A stretch of 64,000 nucleotides of DNA from Callorhinchus milii. Lineage: Eukaryota. Below the pieces are notes generated by a model. It saw nothing but the letters and a program-made list of their open reading frames with translations, ran no database searches and was not told the DNA's origin. The stretch spans positions 20,832,001 through 20,896,000 of the forward strand of contig NW_024704744.1 in NCBI RefSeq assembly GCF_018977255.1, written 5' to 3'. Below, in pieces: positions 12,137-26,262 of this stretch; within the stretch, counting starts at the first letter, position 1; every line of letters starts with the position of its first letter. A program made the translations under genes and the position numbers.

Positions 12137-12698
12137 TAATCTGTTATCTTGTATTTCCCTTTGGACCATTTGTTTACAAATACCATGAGCATTGTTTATG
12201 AATTGTATCAGGTTAAAACATATATCAGTGTCAACCAATTGGTTAGCGTTTGCCAAATTAAGACAAGGACATCTCCTTGTACTACCTGAAATCTCACCCT
12301 CGGCATTTGTGTTGAGAAATAAAACATCTGTATTTTCTTTTTTTAAAAAGTGGAACCATGGGCAGAATCGGTCTTTATTGGACTAACATGCATAGTGTTG
12401 CTCTGTGGACCTCTACCACCCAACTTTCACTTGTTGCTGAAACTTGTCAAATGAATACAGATGGGCAGCATGCATATATACATGTTCAATAATGCATTTT
12501 CTTTAAGTGAACTGATCACACCTGTTAAATAAATGGCAGTATTCACTTTGAAATAGTTCAAAGTTGGTGTTATCACCAATAGGCTTTCTCTAATGTAAGG
12601 ATGATAACTGAGAAGATTAAATGTTTCTGTCAGTTTTTAGTTCTATCACCAGCAAAATTTGTGGTAGTGCTTCATCAATTTTTATGAGTCAATGGTAA

Positions 12699-12935
<237 letters not shown>

Positions 12936-15739
12936 TGAAAGCTATGTGTGCTTTATAGAATTTGTGCTGTTTGCATATATACAGCACAATGAACATGTAT
13001 TTTCAAAGTGGGGACTTGTATTTTACACTAAATACATCCTAACTTGCACAATCTGTCACCACCCACGACGTGCATCCACTGTCTTTAATTACGAACTGTC
13101 TGCTTACCTGTGCAGAGTACTCCGTGACACGATGCCAGCCATCTTTTAAGAAACAAAGTAAGTAACTAAAGCAAAAAAAAAGTATGCAATATATATGTAA
13201 AACAGATGGTTGGTAATGCATTCCTGAAGTCTATACACTTCATTTGTTTTGGGCTTTTATGTGCAGTCCTGACAGTGTCAGTAATGCAAACCTGAGTTTA
13301 ATTTAAAAAGACAAAAACACTTTCAAATAGAGATTCCATTCATCCTTGAGTTTTGGAACCCAAGAATCTGTATTCGAAGCTGAATTGAAACTAACATGTA
13401 GTGCACAGATCCTTGGTACACACCATTCTTAATTACATCTTATTTATTTCTTCCCTTGCCACAAAATCAGCTAACAAGATATATTCTATACATCGCTTGA
13501 ATTTCCTCTCATCACCATGCACATTAAACTCATACCTAGCACAAACTTCTCAATGAACGCCTCAAGTAGCTGAATGAACCATACCTGAGTAGATTTTGGG
13601 AAGAAACTTATTTTGATTCTGTATTTCTAACTTTCTCGTACAAACACAGGTAACAGATCAGTGAATCTTTTTGAACTTGCGTACCAAAAAATGACAAAAT
13701 ATAGATTTGTTAAGTACAAAACATTTACAAAAATAATTTGTCCAATGTTACACTGATGGAGGTGGAAACTTGGGTGTCAGTGGATGATCTCTCTGTGTTT
13801 CTTGCCAACTGGTAATGTTGTTTGCTCACATGTTTTAAACTGTTGCTTTCCAACAGTACTTAGTGGCAGGTTGCAATCCTCATGAGTGAAAAAAGGGGAA
13901 CAGCATTCACATGGTCAGATTTCCAACTCTTGTGACAATAGTGATAAAACCTGGACACTGTGCTTGTAACTTCTAATCATTTTTTCCCAAATTTGCCGTA
14001 ACTAGCCTTGATAAAGGAACTAAATTCCATTCAGCCAGTACAAGCTAGAAACAAAATAAAACTAATAAGAACAAAAAATTTTAAAAATATGTTCATTAAG
14101 CCACAACTAGAATATTCTGTGTAGTTTTGGGCTATTAGAGCTATGATGAGGGTACCATAGATCCATGAGAATATGGTTAACAAGGAGGGATAGTTATGAG
14201 GAAAAGCTGAAGAAGTTGGGACTCTTGCTGGAGTAGAGAGTGTTGAGGTGTGATGTGTTAGAACTTTAAAATAATCAAATGTCCTTTTTCTGTGCTGTAA
14301 ATTTCTAAACGGTAAGAAAGTAGTTGGTGGTTCAGAAATTTAAGATTACAAACCAGGTGCATGAAAGAGGAAGTGAGGGGATGGGGAATTTCTCTGAGGG
14401 TTCTGAATATGGAATGGGGTAGTAACTTTGAAGCAAAGTTGATTGGGACAAAATAGGGAATTAGTTAGCTATGTGCCTATTGAATCAGAGGGTACAGGAA
14501 AGGGTAATGAATTATAATAATCCTTGAGTTTGATGTAGTGCTTTTTGTGTTGGAGCGGTATCTCAAAAGCATTTCACAGGATTTACTGCAACGTGTGGAC
14601 TGTGTTTTGTATCCAAATTGGCAGTCAATTTGGACAGACCAATGACCCACAAACGGCCATGAAGTGAAATCACCAATTGTATCATTGAATAGATATTAAG
14701 ATTAGGATAGATGGCTTCACAGGACGAGCAAATATCGATCCTAATGCAGTGAGTCAGGCAGTGTACATTCTGTGTTTAAAGTTGTTATAGTTTCTTATTT
14801 AGAAACCTAGATAAAATAAATGAACATAATAATTGATAAGTAAATTGATAAGTTTACTTGTCAAGATAGTGGAGAGCTAGTAGATTTATGTATTCATTAA
14901 CAACATCCTCCAGCTGTTTTCAAAAGCATTTCTGATTTAATGAACCTCACAGTCTGAGGGTTCCATTAGCTTAAAAACTTGAAATAGTTTGCAGGCAATG
15001 AAAAGATGCTTGTAAGTGTATTTTGGAGGAGGAACCAGGGGATACAAGTTAAATGTTATAATATTAATGTTCTAGGTTGAAAAGAGATTAAAAAGTTGTA
15101 ATTAATTGTAATAAAATATAGAGACAACCGGATACAAGTATAAAATAAAGGGTTTTTAACAATGTTTGTAAATAATTTTGGGTTTATATTATGGTACTAA
15201 AGCTATCCCCGTTGTTTGATTAGTTTTAATACCGGAATTTTAATGTGACATTTTCCAGAGTCTGTGTGTGTGCTGAAAATAAAATACAAAAGATAATTAA
15301 AGAATGAAATGTATTTTTTAATTGAGGGAAACATAATTGTGTAAAAAGGAAATTGACAAAAGAGTACAATTGTGGGGGTGAAGAAAGAACATCTTTTTAT
15401 AGATTGCAAATAAAGCCTTCAGGTATTTATGACACTTCTATCATTTTAGTAACTGATTAAATTTACAGATTTAATTAAGAAAAAACAACTGCAGGCGTTG
15501 AATGAATCAAAAAGACCTATAGGCAGGCATGGATTCCATTCTCAGTTTTAAAGGAATTGAAGCTTAAATTATAAAGGATACATTTCAAGTTCATGCAGAA
15601 TGTTTCGAAATGTAAAATGTTCCGGTTTTCATTTTGTTCTGATGTGCAAATAAGAATATTTGAGAATATCTCTAAAAGTGTAACCAAATTTCATTTGTAG
15701 GTTGCACTGAATTTGTATATAACTTTTTTTATATATTAG

Positions 15740-15925
<186 letters not shown>

Positions 15926-16379
15926 TAATCAGAAATAAAATCACTTTTACTACTTTATTGAAGATGCCCGTAATTGAATCACATTCTTGTGAGCAGAATT
16001 TAAATTATACAAAATTAGAAGTGAACAACATGGAGCACAAAAAAGATTTTGGGTGGTTTCAATTTACCCCAGGAGTTGGCCTTTTGTCTTTCCAAGATGT
16101 TTAGCAGTCAACTGAAGTAACTGATAAAAGGCCCTTCTTAATCTTTAAAGTTTTGTTTGATTTTGGTAAACACAGTTTCAAAGTTCCTGTTTTTGCATAT
16201 TCTATAGAGCTCCACCTCATGATGAAAATCGTAGTGCGGGGCGCAATGACAGCAAAGATGTGGAAGTAAAAAGATTGGTGTGATTTATTGGTTGTTTTCT
16301 CTGTTTTTACTCTACGTTATCCAGAAATATTTAAATATTAGCTCATGTTTCCAAGGGTGTTTGAGTAACTTTAAAATGT

Positions 16380-16772
16380 TTATTATAATCCTTGCACTTG
16401 CATCACGCCATCTCAATGTCTCAAAGCTTTTCATGAGATTTGTAGAGTGTGGTGACGGTGTATGTGACTATAGGTGAACACAATGTGCAATTTACACTCA
16501 AAAATTGCCCACCAACAGCCATGAAATAAATTTTTTCTGGGGGTTTGTTGGCTGGGACACCAGGAGAGACTCCTTTTTGAAAAGTGCCATGGGATCTTTA
16601 ATGCCCATTTAGGCAGGCAGGACTTTGGTTTAACGTCCCATATGAAAGATGGGACTCTTAACAACGCAGCACTGCACAGAATTATTAATCTCGACTTGGG
16701 CTAGCAATGTCCTAATTTGAGCCTAAACCCAGAGGTTTTGATTCAGAGACGAGAATGAGCTCAGATGACACT
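16380..16772 (-). mobile_element. Old Deu-domain SINE (SacSINE1/AmnSINE-like), degenerate
   Basis: gccatgggatctttaatg...tttaacgtc...gaaagatgg...aacgcagcact motif is shared with other copies in the window. Confidence 0.65.
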
Positions 16773-17024
16773 TGTAGGAGTAATGGTAGTTGAGTCGTTT
16801 CCACTGTGGCAGATGCTAATTCTGTTTCCATTGATTTTCTCTCAATTGCTTTAATACTCTTACTTACAACTCTGAGTAATAAAACACAAGTTTATCAGAC
16901 TTTCATGACGATGTTATCACTGGATGTTAGATGTGGGCCCAAACCTTAATGTAGTCTGAACATGAGAGGGTTTGATGAGCCTAATGGCCTTGTCTTTCTC
17001 CATGTTTTCTTCTTGTGACTAAAG

Positions 17025-17388
17025 ATAATAATAATTCTTGCGTTTGGTATAGTGCATGATCATATCTTTGAGACATCTCAAAGAGCTTCACAGAATATAC
17101 TATTAAGTGAATTGACTGTATATTTTGTGGGTGAATTGCAGCAGCCAATTGCACACAGCAGTGTCCCACAAACAGTCGAGGAATGACCAAATTATTGATT
17201 TTTTTTAAGGGATTCTTTGCCCAGAAAGTTATCCGCCAATCGACTAACAACCGGGTTCCTACTTACTGCTGGGTAAACAAAGGGATGCGGAGTAAAGAAA
17301 CTTGCCTCATGTTTCGCCCTGCCAGGAATAGAACCCAGGCCCTCTCGCTTGCGAGGCGAATGCTCTAACTACTAAGCTAAAGGACGCC
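17025..17388 (-). mobile_element. tRNA-headed SINE, long form
   Basis: A/B boxes, Deu-like core TGTGGGACACTGCTGTGTGCAATTGGCTGC, L2-like tail with (ATT)n. Confidence 0.92.
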
Positions 17389-17657
17389 ACTATTTAGATG
17401 CTTATATTTGATCAATGGAGTCTAAACCGCAATGTTCACAATCTGGATTATTTGTGTTAATTAAAATGCACTCCAAACAAGCAAAATATGTTAACGAGAA
17501 TGTCGGCCAATCTATTTTTTGTGCATTTCATTCATTGCCATTTTTTCCCGACCTATTTAAATGCAATTTGGGTCCACTTATTTCTTAATTTAAAAGAAAT
17601 GCCGTTTAGCATTTGGTTGAGGTTTCAGACTTGTCTTAAAATATATTTCCTTTTCAG

Positions 17658-17850
17658 CAATGTGGTTGAGAAGTGTGTTACCCATGCCTCTCGTGCTGAA
17701 CGTGCTTTACTGATTGATGAGGTCTGCTGTCAGAACGATGGTCCCCACAGTGCCTTATATACAATGATGAAAGACCAATATGCCAACTATGTGGTTCAGA
17801 AGATGATTGATGTGGCGGAACCTGCTCAGCGTAAAATTATTATGCATAAG
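17658..17850 (+). CDS. pum2: PUM2 PUM-HD exon ([64 protein letters not shown])
   Basis: cag acceptor, gtatgt donor; phase 2/0. Confidence 0.97.
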
Positions 17851-17897
17851 GTATGTTTTTTCAATAAATTGGGACTATTGAAATCAACTGTCAGCTG

Positions 17898-18326
17898 ATG
17901 ATGATAATTCTTACGCTTGGTATAGCGCCTTTCACTGCAGGAGGATGTTACAAAGGATGTGGGTGAACGAAACAGCCAATTTGCTCTCAGCAATGTCCCA
18001 CAAAGAGCCGAAAAATGAATGACCAATTTTATTTGAGGGATTGTTGGCCAGAACACTGGGAGTAATTCCATTCTTTTTTCAAATAATGGGATCTTTAATA
18101 TCCACCTAAACAGGTAGACGTGGCTTCGGTTTAACATCTCCGAAATGCACCAACAACTTGCTTTTATAAAGCACCCTTCACGAGAGTAACATCTCAGAGT
18201 GTTTAACAGGCAGCATCTCCAATGCAGCACACCCCCCAGCACTGCTTAGATTATGAGTCCTGACATGGGGACTCACAACCTTCTGACTCAGAGGCAAGAG
18301 AGGCTACCAATTGAGCCAGGCTGACA
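17898..18326 (-). mobile_element. Old Deu-domain SINE with a small nested L2 tail
   Basis: Head GTCAGCCTGGCTCA...CTCTGAGTCAGAAGGTTGTG on the minus strand; Deu core. Confidence 0.7.
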
Positions 18327-19053
18327 TACAGCTTGACTTGCACGTCATCATTTTAAAAATTCAGAACAAACCAGTGAAGTAGTAAAATAACTTTTTTTTC
18401 ATAGAGCCTCATCTTGTTGAAATGTCTCAAAATGATTCACAATTCAATTTTGTGAGAGCACAACAGCCATTTTCAAAAGTGAGTTTCCATAAACATCTAA
18501 TAGGTGAATCATCAATTAATCTGAAAAACTGAAAACCATTTGAATAGTGCCACTTTAACTTGATGGGCCCTCATTTTAACATGTGACAATGCACTGCTTG
18601 CTCCAATCGATTGTAGCGTCTGACCAGGCTTGAACTCAAAGTTAATGTAGGACTTGAATCAGTACCTTACCCAGCGACTAGAATGCTACCAGGTGATAGA
18701 CCAAGCTCTGAATTACATTGAATATGTGTTACTACAGAAAAGATGCTTCTAAAATGTATATGTAAGATCAGTTATACTGTCTGTCTGAACTGTTATAATT
18801 GCATGAATTTAATTAATCTGATGAATACTAAATTGTTAGACTAAATAAAAGCCTTGCATCATCACTGAGAAGTTGTAGGTACCCAAACTAAAAAATGGGA
18901 TTTGATTTTTCTAACCCTGCATCCCTCTGTTTTATTTACCATTTTGAGCCTTTAATACTATATCTGTAATGCATGTGTGTATCTATAAGGCCCTCAGATC
19001 ATATTGGTTACAGAAGTTTCAAAGACAAGTTACAAATTTGCTTTTCTATGCAG

Positions 19054-19185
19054 ATCCGACCTCATATTACCACCCTGCGAAAATACACTTACGGAAAACA
19101 CATCTTGGCTAAACTGGAGAAGTATTACATGAAGAACAACACTGATCTGGGGCCAATTGGAGGACCACCAAATGGGATGTTGTAA
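19054..19185 (+). CDS. pum2: PUM2 last coding exon ([43 protein letters not shown])
   Basis: cag acceptor ending 19053; TAA at 19183-19185. Confidence 0.97.
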   Translation: MRPHITTLRKYTYGKHILAKLEKYYMKNNTDLGPIGGPPNGML

Positions 19186-21925
19186 ATTAATTGGTTCACC
19201 CAAAAGATATGGAAAACTGCGCTTCTTAAATGTTGAATGCGCCAAATGTGAAAGAAAAAATCATGAAAACACAACTTAACTTTTAATGAATACTAGCTTT
19301 TTTTTCTTTTGTTGGTTGTGACTTTTGTATGTATTAAAATGATTGATACACTTTAACTTGTAATTGCTTTTAGTATTTGCATTTGTTTAAGGAACTTTAG
19401 CTAGGGGTTTATCAGAAACCTGCTGAGTAAAAAACAGAATACATGGATTTTATGTAATTGTATCAAACTAGCATTTGTGTATTTTGTAAATTTAACCTTG
19501 TAAGATGTTGGGTATTATTTGGTAGATTAGAAGGAATATTCAGTATTCTGTAGATTAACCGCCTTGCATTCTGATATCTCCTCTAGGTATTTCTTGCACA
19601 AAATAAATTTCTAGGGCTCAGTAAATCCGTTTAAAATCTTTAAAATCCGACTACTTAAACATTAAAACTGGAACCAAATCATGGAAAAAGCAATGTAAAG
19701 TTAAGTTGTGTTTCAGCACAAACTTTTTAACACCATTGTTTATATGGCAAACAGACAGAACAGTTATCTAACAGTTTGGGTCTGTTGAAATAATGAGATG
19801 TAATTCAGGGAAGTGTTTAAAATGACAGGCTGATCTGTAATGTAACTCCTGATGTTTACTGTGGCGATGTCAATACTCAATAGGTTTTATTTTTTCAGGT
19901 AAACACTGCCCTGCTTTTTTAAATATTTTGGTGATGTATAGAAGTGTTGTACATACATAAATATTTAACCAATGCACAATATGGCAGTAAGGAATCACGA
20001 TAGTACTTTCATGCCTAAATTGAATTGTCTGGAAAGTTGAGAAGTTCCTTTTGTTAGATTTAGATTTTCAGTCCCATTTTGGAATGGGAAACAAGTGGGG
20101 ATTTGTATTTTTGAATACCTAATGTAAGAAAGTTTGTGAAGGTGTGGTTTTATTTTTCTTTCTCAAGTTAGAGAGTCTTGGGCAGATTTTGAAATAAAGG
20201 GGCCATTGAAGGGTGAGCTAGGTGGCTCCCCAAAATGCATGCAAAAAATTGAAATAGTCTTTCAGTTTTGCTTCTTTATAAATATGTAGTGTATAAGTGT
20301 AGACTTTGCAAATGATAGGTGTAAGTTTACAGTTTGAAAAAAATAAAATTTATTGTTTCAGTGTTAATCACAGGCTTGGCTAACTTAGTAGTAATGCATA
20401 AATTGGTTGTACAGTTGTACATTTGTAAACCTGATGCTGTAAATGTTACAATGTCTTTTACCCTTCGGAGAGCAAACTTTGCAGTTTAGTGTATATTCAC
20501 TCCCCACTCTCGTGCCCTGGCATAGTGTTGTATAATGTAAATTTATTTGAATCAAGAGTGATTTTTTTAAATTGTACCTTTATATGGCTTTGAAAATGAA
20601 CCTGCTTTCTTTTTATCTATTGTTAGAACAGTAGTATTTGTTTATAATCGTAGCTGTTCAGATTCTGTTAATATGGTAATTTTTGAAAATTTTACAATTA
20701 TAATGTTTCCACGTATGAGTAAAGTTGTGCATAGTAAATATTTGAAAGGTTGGACAGAGCCATCTAGTTACCATGGAAACCAAATGTTCTTTCCATCTCT
20801 TAAGGGTGACATGATCCTTTTTGTACAGAAGAGTACTGTATTTTGGAATTGTCTACTTACATGTAAGTGAAAGTCTGTATGATACTATCAATTTTTCATT
20901 TGAACATATGAGGTTGTAACACTACATATAGACGATGTACATTTACAGGAGGCCTTATGTACATTTCCTGATGACATTTTGCAGGCAGAATTGTGACCAT
21001 ATGTGTATAATTAACAGTCCTTTGTATCCTTTGCCTCGGTAAATATTTTGAAACATGCTCTGTATATTCAGTTTCTGAAAGATTAAAAGATTGTCCTTTG
21101 TATTTGGTGACCTTTAAAAGTCAGTATTTTGTATAAATGGAATGGCTTAGTGGATTTGGAACAATCTGAAGTTACTTATCTTGAAGCCCTTGAATGTGAT
21201 GTCCTTAGCATTGACAAGATAAACAGTTGTGTTTATTAGGGCTGTGCAGTCAATTTTTTTTAAAATCGCCAAAACCTTCAATGGATTTAAAAAAAAAGTA
21301 CTGTTCAGTTTTAAATGCTAAATCTTTAATTTTTTTGTGATTTTTTTTTACAATTTTCATTTGACCTGTCTTACAACAAAAACTATCCGTTTTCCATTTC
21401 ATATTGTTAAAAGTTTTTCTGGGGCATTTCACTTGTAATTTAAGATGCTATGCAGTACTTAGCTTCTAAAGGAGCTGCAAAAAGTTCTTCATCAGGAAAG
21501 ATCATGTTGGCCATGTCGATCGGCTGTCAGCTTACTAGAGTAAATCAAGCCAGTTGGTTTTACATCAGTTGGCACAGCCCTAGTTTCCATGGCAACTATT
21601 TATTTGCTGTGTAAAGGAGGTCACTTTGTGACGTGCTCTGGTTTTGATTTGAAAACCAGGAGTCTAGGTGAAAATGCAGATCAAAAATGTTTAATATTAG
21701 TATCAATGATAAATTGAACAAAACCACTAAACGTTTTGCTAACATTTCCTTAAACATGGATTGTTGATGGACCATTTTTATCTTGTGTTTGATCAGGTCT
21801 GCCACCTGGCTCCTTGGCAGTTCAGATGGAGTAATGTTATATTCACTTATTTGTATATGCTGTATAAAAAAAAGAAAAAAAATGTGAATAACGTTGTATG
21901 AAATAAACCTGTTTGTGTTTTCTGT
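19186..21925 (+). promoter_or_regulatory. pum2 3' UTR (~2.7 kb, no recognisable transposon, AU-rich, several Pumilio-response-element-like sites)
   Basis: Transposon-free stretch ending at AATAAA 21902-21907 followed by a GT-rich tract; repeats resume at 22001. Confidence 0.75.
21902..21907 (+). terminator. Candidate distal polyadenylation signal of pum2
   Basis: AATAAA with upstream TGTA and downstream TGTTTGTGTTTT, at the end of the repeat-free block. Confidence 0.65.
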
Positions 21926-22000
21926 AGGAAAAATATGACTTATGATTCTTTTTGCGAATTAGCAAAATTAGCCACTTTCTAAGGATTAATGGGAATTAGT

Positions 22001-22364
22001 GGAGTCCTGCAGCTCAGTGGTTAGAGAACTCGCCTCGCAAGTGAAAGACGTGGTTCTATTCCCAGCAGGGCAAAACGTTGGGCAAATTTCCTTTCCTCCA
22101 CACGCCTCTGTTTACCTAGCTGCAAGTAGGAACCCGGTTGTTAGTCGATTGGCGGATCTCTTTTCCGGGGGTAATAATTCCTTTTTTTAAAAAAAAATTG
22201 GTCACTTCAATCCTCGTCTGTTTGTGGGACACTGCTGTGTGCAATTGGCTGCTGCGTTTCGCCCAAAAAATTATATTCAATTCACTTTACAGTTTATTCT
22301 GTCAGTGCTTTGAGATGTCTCAAAGATGTGATAAGGCAGTATATCAAATGCAAGGATTATTATT
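22001..22364 (+). mobile_element. tRNA-headed SINE, long form
   Basis: GGAGTCCTGCAGCTCAGTGGTTAGA... to TATCAAATGCAAGGATTATTATT. Confidence 0.93.
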
Positions 22365-23550
22365 TCCATAACTATAGATGACCCCTTAACAAAATTAAGA
22401 AAAAACAAATTAGTTATAAAAATTAGCTTAATGGGGTGGGTTGGCAGACTTCCATCAAATATGTTTTACCTCAACCTTGGTGCTCAAGGTACAGTCTATT
22501 TTCACCAACCTAATACGTCCAACATAGGCAGTTCAGAAGTGGTTGTGGTTATTAATAACAATAATCCTTGAATTTGATATAGTGCACTCGTCCTTGAGGC
22601 ATCTCAAAGAGCTTCACAGAATATATTGTAAAGTGCAATGACTTGTTGATGAAATGCAAACAGTGGATATCTTAGTTGAGATTATCTGATTTAATAGAAA
22701 CAATAAATATGATTATAAGACAAATTTTGCTAAAATGTAAACTGGGTATGTTTATTGTCCTTTTTTAATTAGTTTAATAGAATTGCTCGATAGAATTGTA
22801 ACACATTTGAAAGGTCAAGGAGGCCAAAGGCCTCTTATGTAACAAGAATTCAATTTTCATTGTTATGCAAGCAAAATAGTTTAGGAAAGGTGGATTCTTT
22901 CAACCCCATTGATCTTTCTAACCCAGGGAATCAGCGTCTGTGGGTGATTGGTGCAATAACTAGTGTTTGCCATGGCCAAGTATAAGATCTTCCTCAAACT
23001 AAGTCGTCCAAGAAGGTGGCTACCACTGTGATATTTGGAGACTGAAGAATAACTTAAGAAATCTAACAAGGGCAGGGTCACTCAACGGCTTACATGATGT
23101 AAGCTTTTCTGTTCAATGGCTTTTACATTGGTGTTTACGCTCATGGCAATTATTCACAGAACTGCGAAACCTCAAAACCTTGGCCTGGGACAACTCGTCA
23201 GCATTAGCTAACCTCTTGACAACTTATAACAACACCTTACAACGAGGCCCACCTCGAGACGCATCTCTTGACAGCATATCGGTCAACTTTCTCCGCCCCA
23301 CCCCTTCAACTGCCAGCTCGGGCAGTCAGCAAGCAGTATGGAGTGATTTAATAATAATCCCTACATTATTAAATAATAAACCCTCTGCTTTACCCCTTCC
23401 CCATCTTCAGGTTGCACCTGAAGACCTTCCTATTCAACTGTGCCTAAGGTCTCCTCTCCTCCCCTGGCTCAGCATCGTGCTTCACCACTGTCGAGCACTC
23501 TGGGACGCTACCCTGCGTGAGGGGTGCTACATAAGTACAAGTTGTTGGTA

Positions 23551-23874
23551 ACATTTGATATAGCGCCTTATCACGTCTTCCAGACGTCTCAAAGCACTTG
23601 ACAGAATATACTGTAAAGTGAATTGACTATTTTGTGGGAGAAACGCGGCAGCCAATTGCGCACAGCAGTGTCCCACAAACAGTCGTGGATTGAGTACCCA
23701 AGTTATCATTTTTATTTTGAAGGGATTATTACCCTCAGAAAAGCAATCTGCCGATCAAGTTTGTATTTACTGCTAGGTAAACAGCCGTGTGGAAAAAGGA
23801 AACTTGCCCAACGTTTTGCCCTGGGCGGATCCTCTCACTTGTGAGGCAAGGGCTCTAACCACTAAGAGGACTCC
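23551..23874 (-). mobile_element. tRNA-headed SINE with internal deletions
   Basis: Reverse complement of the same family; abuts a + strand L2 tail at ~23400-23547. Confidence 0.88.
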
Positions 23875-25144
23875 ACAGATAAGAGATCCTCTTGGCATGA
23901 AAGACATTATATAAATGAAGATTGGATTGCTCAACTGACAATTCAAGAGCATGAAGGTCATAATTTAGAGCAATGTTCTCTCACTATTAGTTGGCACAAA
24001 TCAGATGCCAGTGTTAATGATGGAAATATAGATGCTTGACAAAAGAATGCTAAAAGGTGTAGAGCAGAAGAGTGGGAATAGATGATTTGTGTTAAGAATA
24101 CCAGTACAGTGGCCTATTTATGTTCCAAAATGTTGTGATTCTATTATCCTTTAGTGATTTTGAAGCACTCTTGGGTCCTCTACAATTCCTGGGAAAAATA
24201 ATTAGGTCTAGCCTCATGACTATTATCCATCATCCCTGATATGTTTATGAAACTGAATAAGTTAAATTGGTAACTTAGTATATTTTTAATATTCTGATAA
24301 ATTCAGTTGAATTATTTGTAGATGGTTACAATAAATTAGACTGAAATTTGATTGGAATTTGATGGATTAGACTGCTAAGACTAGAAGTGAGATCAGAAAA
24401 CATTTCCTCCAAGGTTGAGAAAATATGGAAGGAAGCAGATGGATACTTGAGAAGTAAGGGCATCAATAAGTGGCTTGGAGACTAGATAGGTCAAACATCT
24501 GTCAAACTGTCAGAACAGGCTTAATAAGATGAATGGTCTCCTATTCCTACGAATACATAGACCATTTTCTGAGATATAGAAAACCTTGTGCAATGCAGTT
24601 GCAATGTTTCATATGTTGTGGTGAAAATATGAAATGTACATTCAAAGATCATGGAGGATAATTATGAAGTAATTCAGCTACAATATTTAAATTCTCCACA
24701 AGATGTCAGTGTACTTACGTATTTAGAATCTTAACAGATTTTATATACCAAATAAAATATTGGAACTATACATAACACAAAATTAATTTCTCTTTGACAT
24801 GTGTTTAATATTACTCAAAACACACATCAGAATGTCTCACTAGTAATTACCAAGTGTAGTGCCTATTTTAGAAGGTAAAAGTGTCAGCACAGTCCCCCAA
24901 GCAGGAATGAGGCGAATGCCCAATTAACACCAAATTATCCTTATATACTACCTTTCACACCAGGATGATGTCCCAAAGCGCTGAACAGTCAAGGATTTCC
25001 ACCCAAGCTGCATACCGGAATCAAGGGGAGGAGGCCATTGAGGTGGGGTTGAAAAGATGACCGAAGATGCAATCAAAGAGGAAGCTCTTGAGATGGACTT
25101 TAAATGAGGCAAGGGAAGGCTAGATATGATAGAGTTCTTCAAAC

Positions 25145-25456
25145 TAGCACAGTGGTTAGAGCACTCGCCTCACAAGCGAGAGACCTGAGTTTGACTCCTG
25201 GCAGAGCGAAACCTTGGGCAAGTTTCCTTACTCCACACACCTGATAATAATCCCTCCAGAAAAGAAAAACAATAATAAAAATTGGTCACTCAATCCATAA
25301 CTGTTTGTGGGACACTGCTGTGAGCAATTGGCTGCCACTTTTTGCCCGCAAAATATACAGTCAATTCACTTTACAGTGTATTCTGTGAAGCGTTTGAGAC
25401 GTCTCAAAGACGTGAAAAACGCTATATCAAATGCAAGGATTATCATTATATTATTA
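25145..25456 (+). mobile_element. tRNA-headed SINE, short form
   Basis: Same family, lacking a ~60-nt internal segment. Confidence 0.9.
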
Positions 25457-26262
25457 AAAACACAGAGGAGATCTCAGAGCTATAAGATAGAATCCAAGAA
25501 AGTCTATGACACAGAAGAAGACCAATTGGCCCATTAGGTCTTTGCTGATTTTATCACCCTTTCTGGTCTAAATTTAGTGACTATCCTCCACGAGAGGGGA
25601 TAGGGGGTTTAAGCGGGGTGTCCTTGGAGCTGATCTGGCACCAAGGTGACTTGCTTTGCAACGGAATGGCGGAATGACGGTCTTGGCAGTCCGGTTCCTC
25701 AGCCAGGCATGTCTGCTGTGGTGCAAGCCATTGCTGACAGCAGCACAGCCAGCCTGGCTCAAGGGCAGGACTTGCAAGGGCAGACCGGTCACTGGGGGCA
25801 GGGATTCATCCTACTCTGCTCCCAACCCCGCGAGGCAAAGCCCTAATGGGTATGATCAAATGGGCAGATGGGTCTTCTGCATCTAAACCAATCTTGTGAT
25901 CTTGTGAGATTTCTGCTTTGATCCAATTAACTTGCCTTTTCCCTGTAAAGTACTTAACAGAATAAAGCGAAGAAATGCGAAACAATAATTTCTGTTACAT
26001 AAAAAGCACAAGAACAAGAGGGTCTGAGGGATAGGACTGGTACCAGGAATTGCCTTTATACAAAGGATGCTCAACAGCTGGAGCAAGTTGCCATAGGGTG
26101 GTTGAGTGCAGAACACTGGACTCATTTAAGAATCAGCTTGATGCTGTAAATGAAGATGGTATGGATAGTGTTTTGGTCAACTGAGCCCAAGGGCCTTTTT
26201 AACTGGAACTAAGCTTGTTAATATTTGAACACAAGACAAGCATGATTCTTGCTGAACACTTT

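Noticed and set aside
16900-16968. C/D-box snoRNA candidate in a pum2 intron (ATGACGA...CTGA), considered because human PUM1 introns host snoRNAs
   Set aside because: Imperfect box C, no properly placed terminal stem and no recognisable guide sequence. An Rfam/snoscan search would be needed to revive it.
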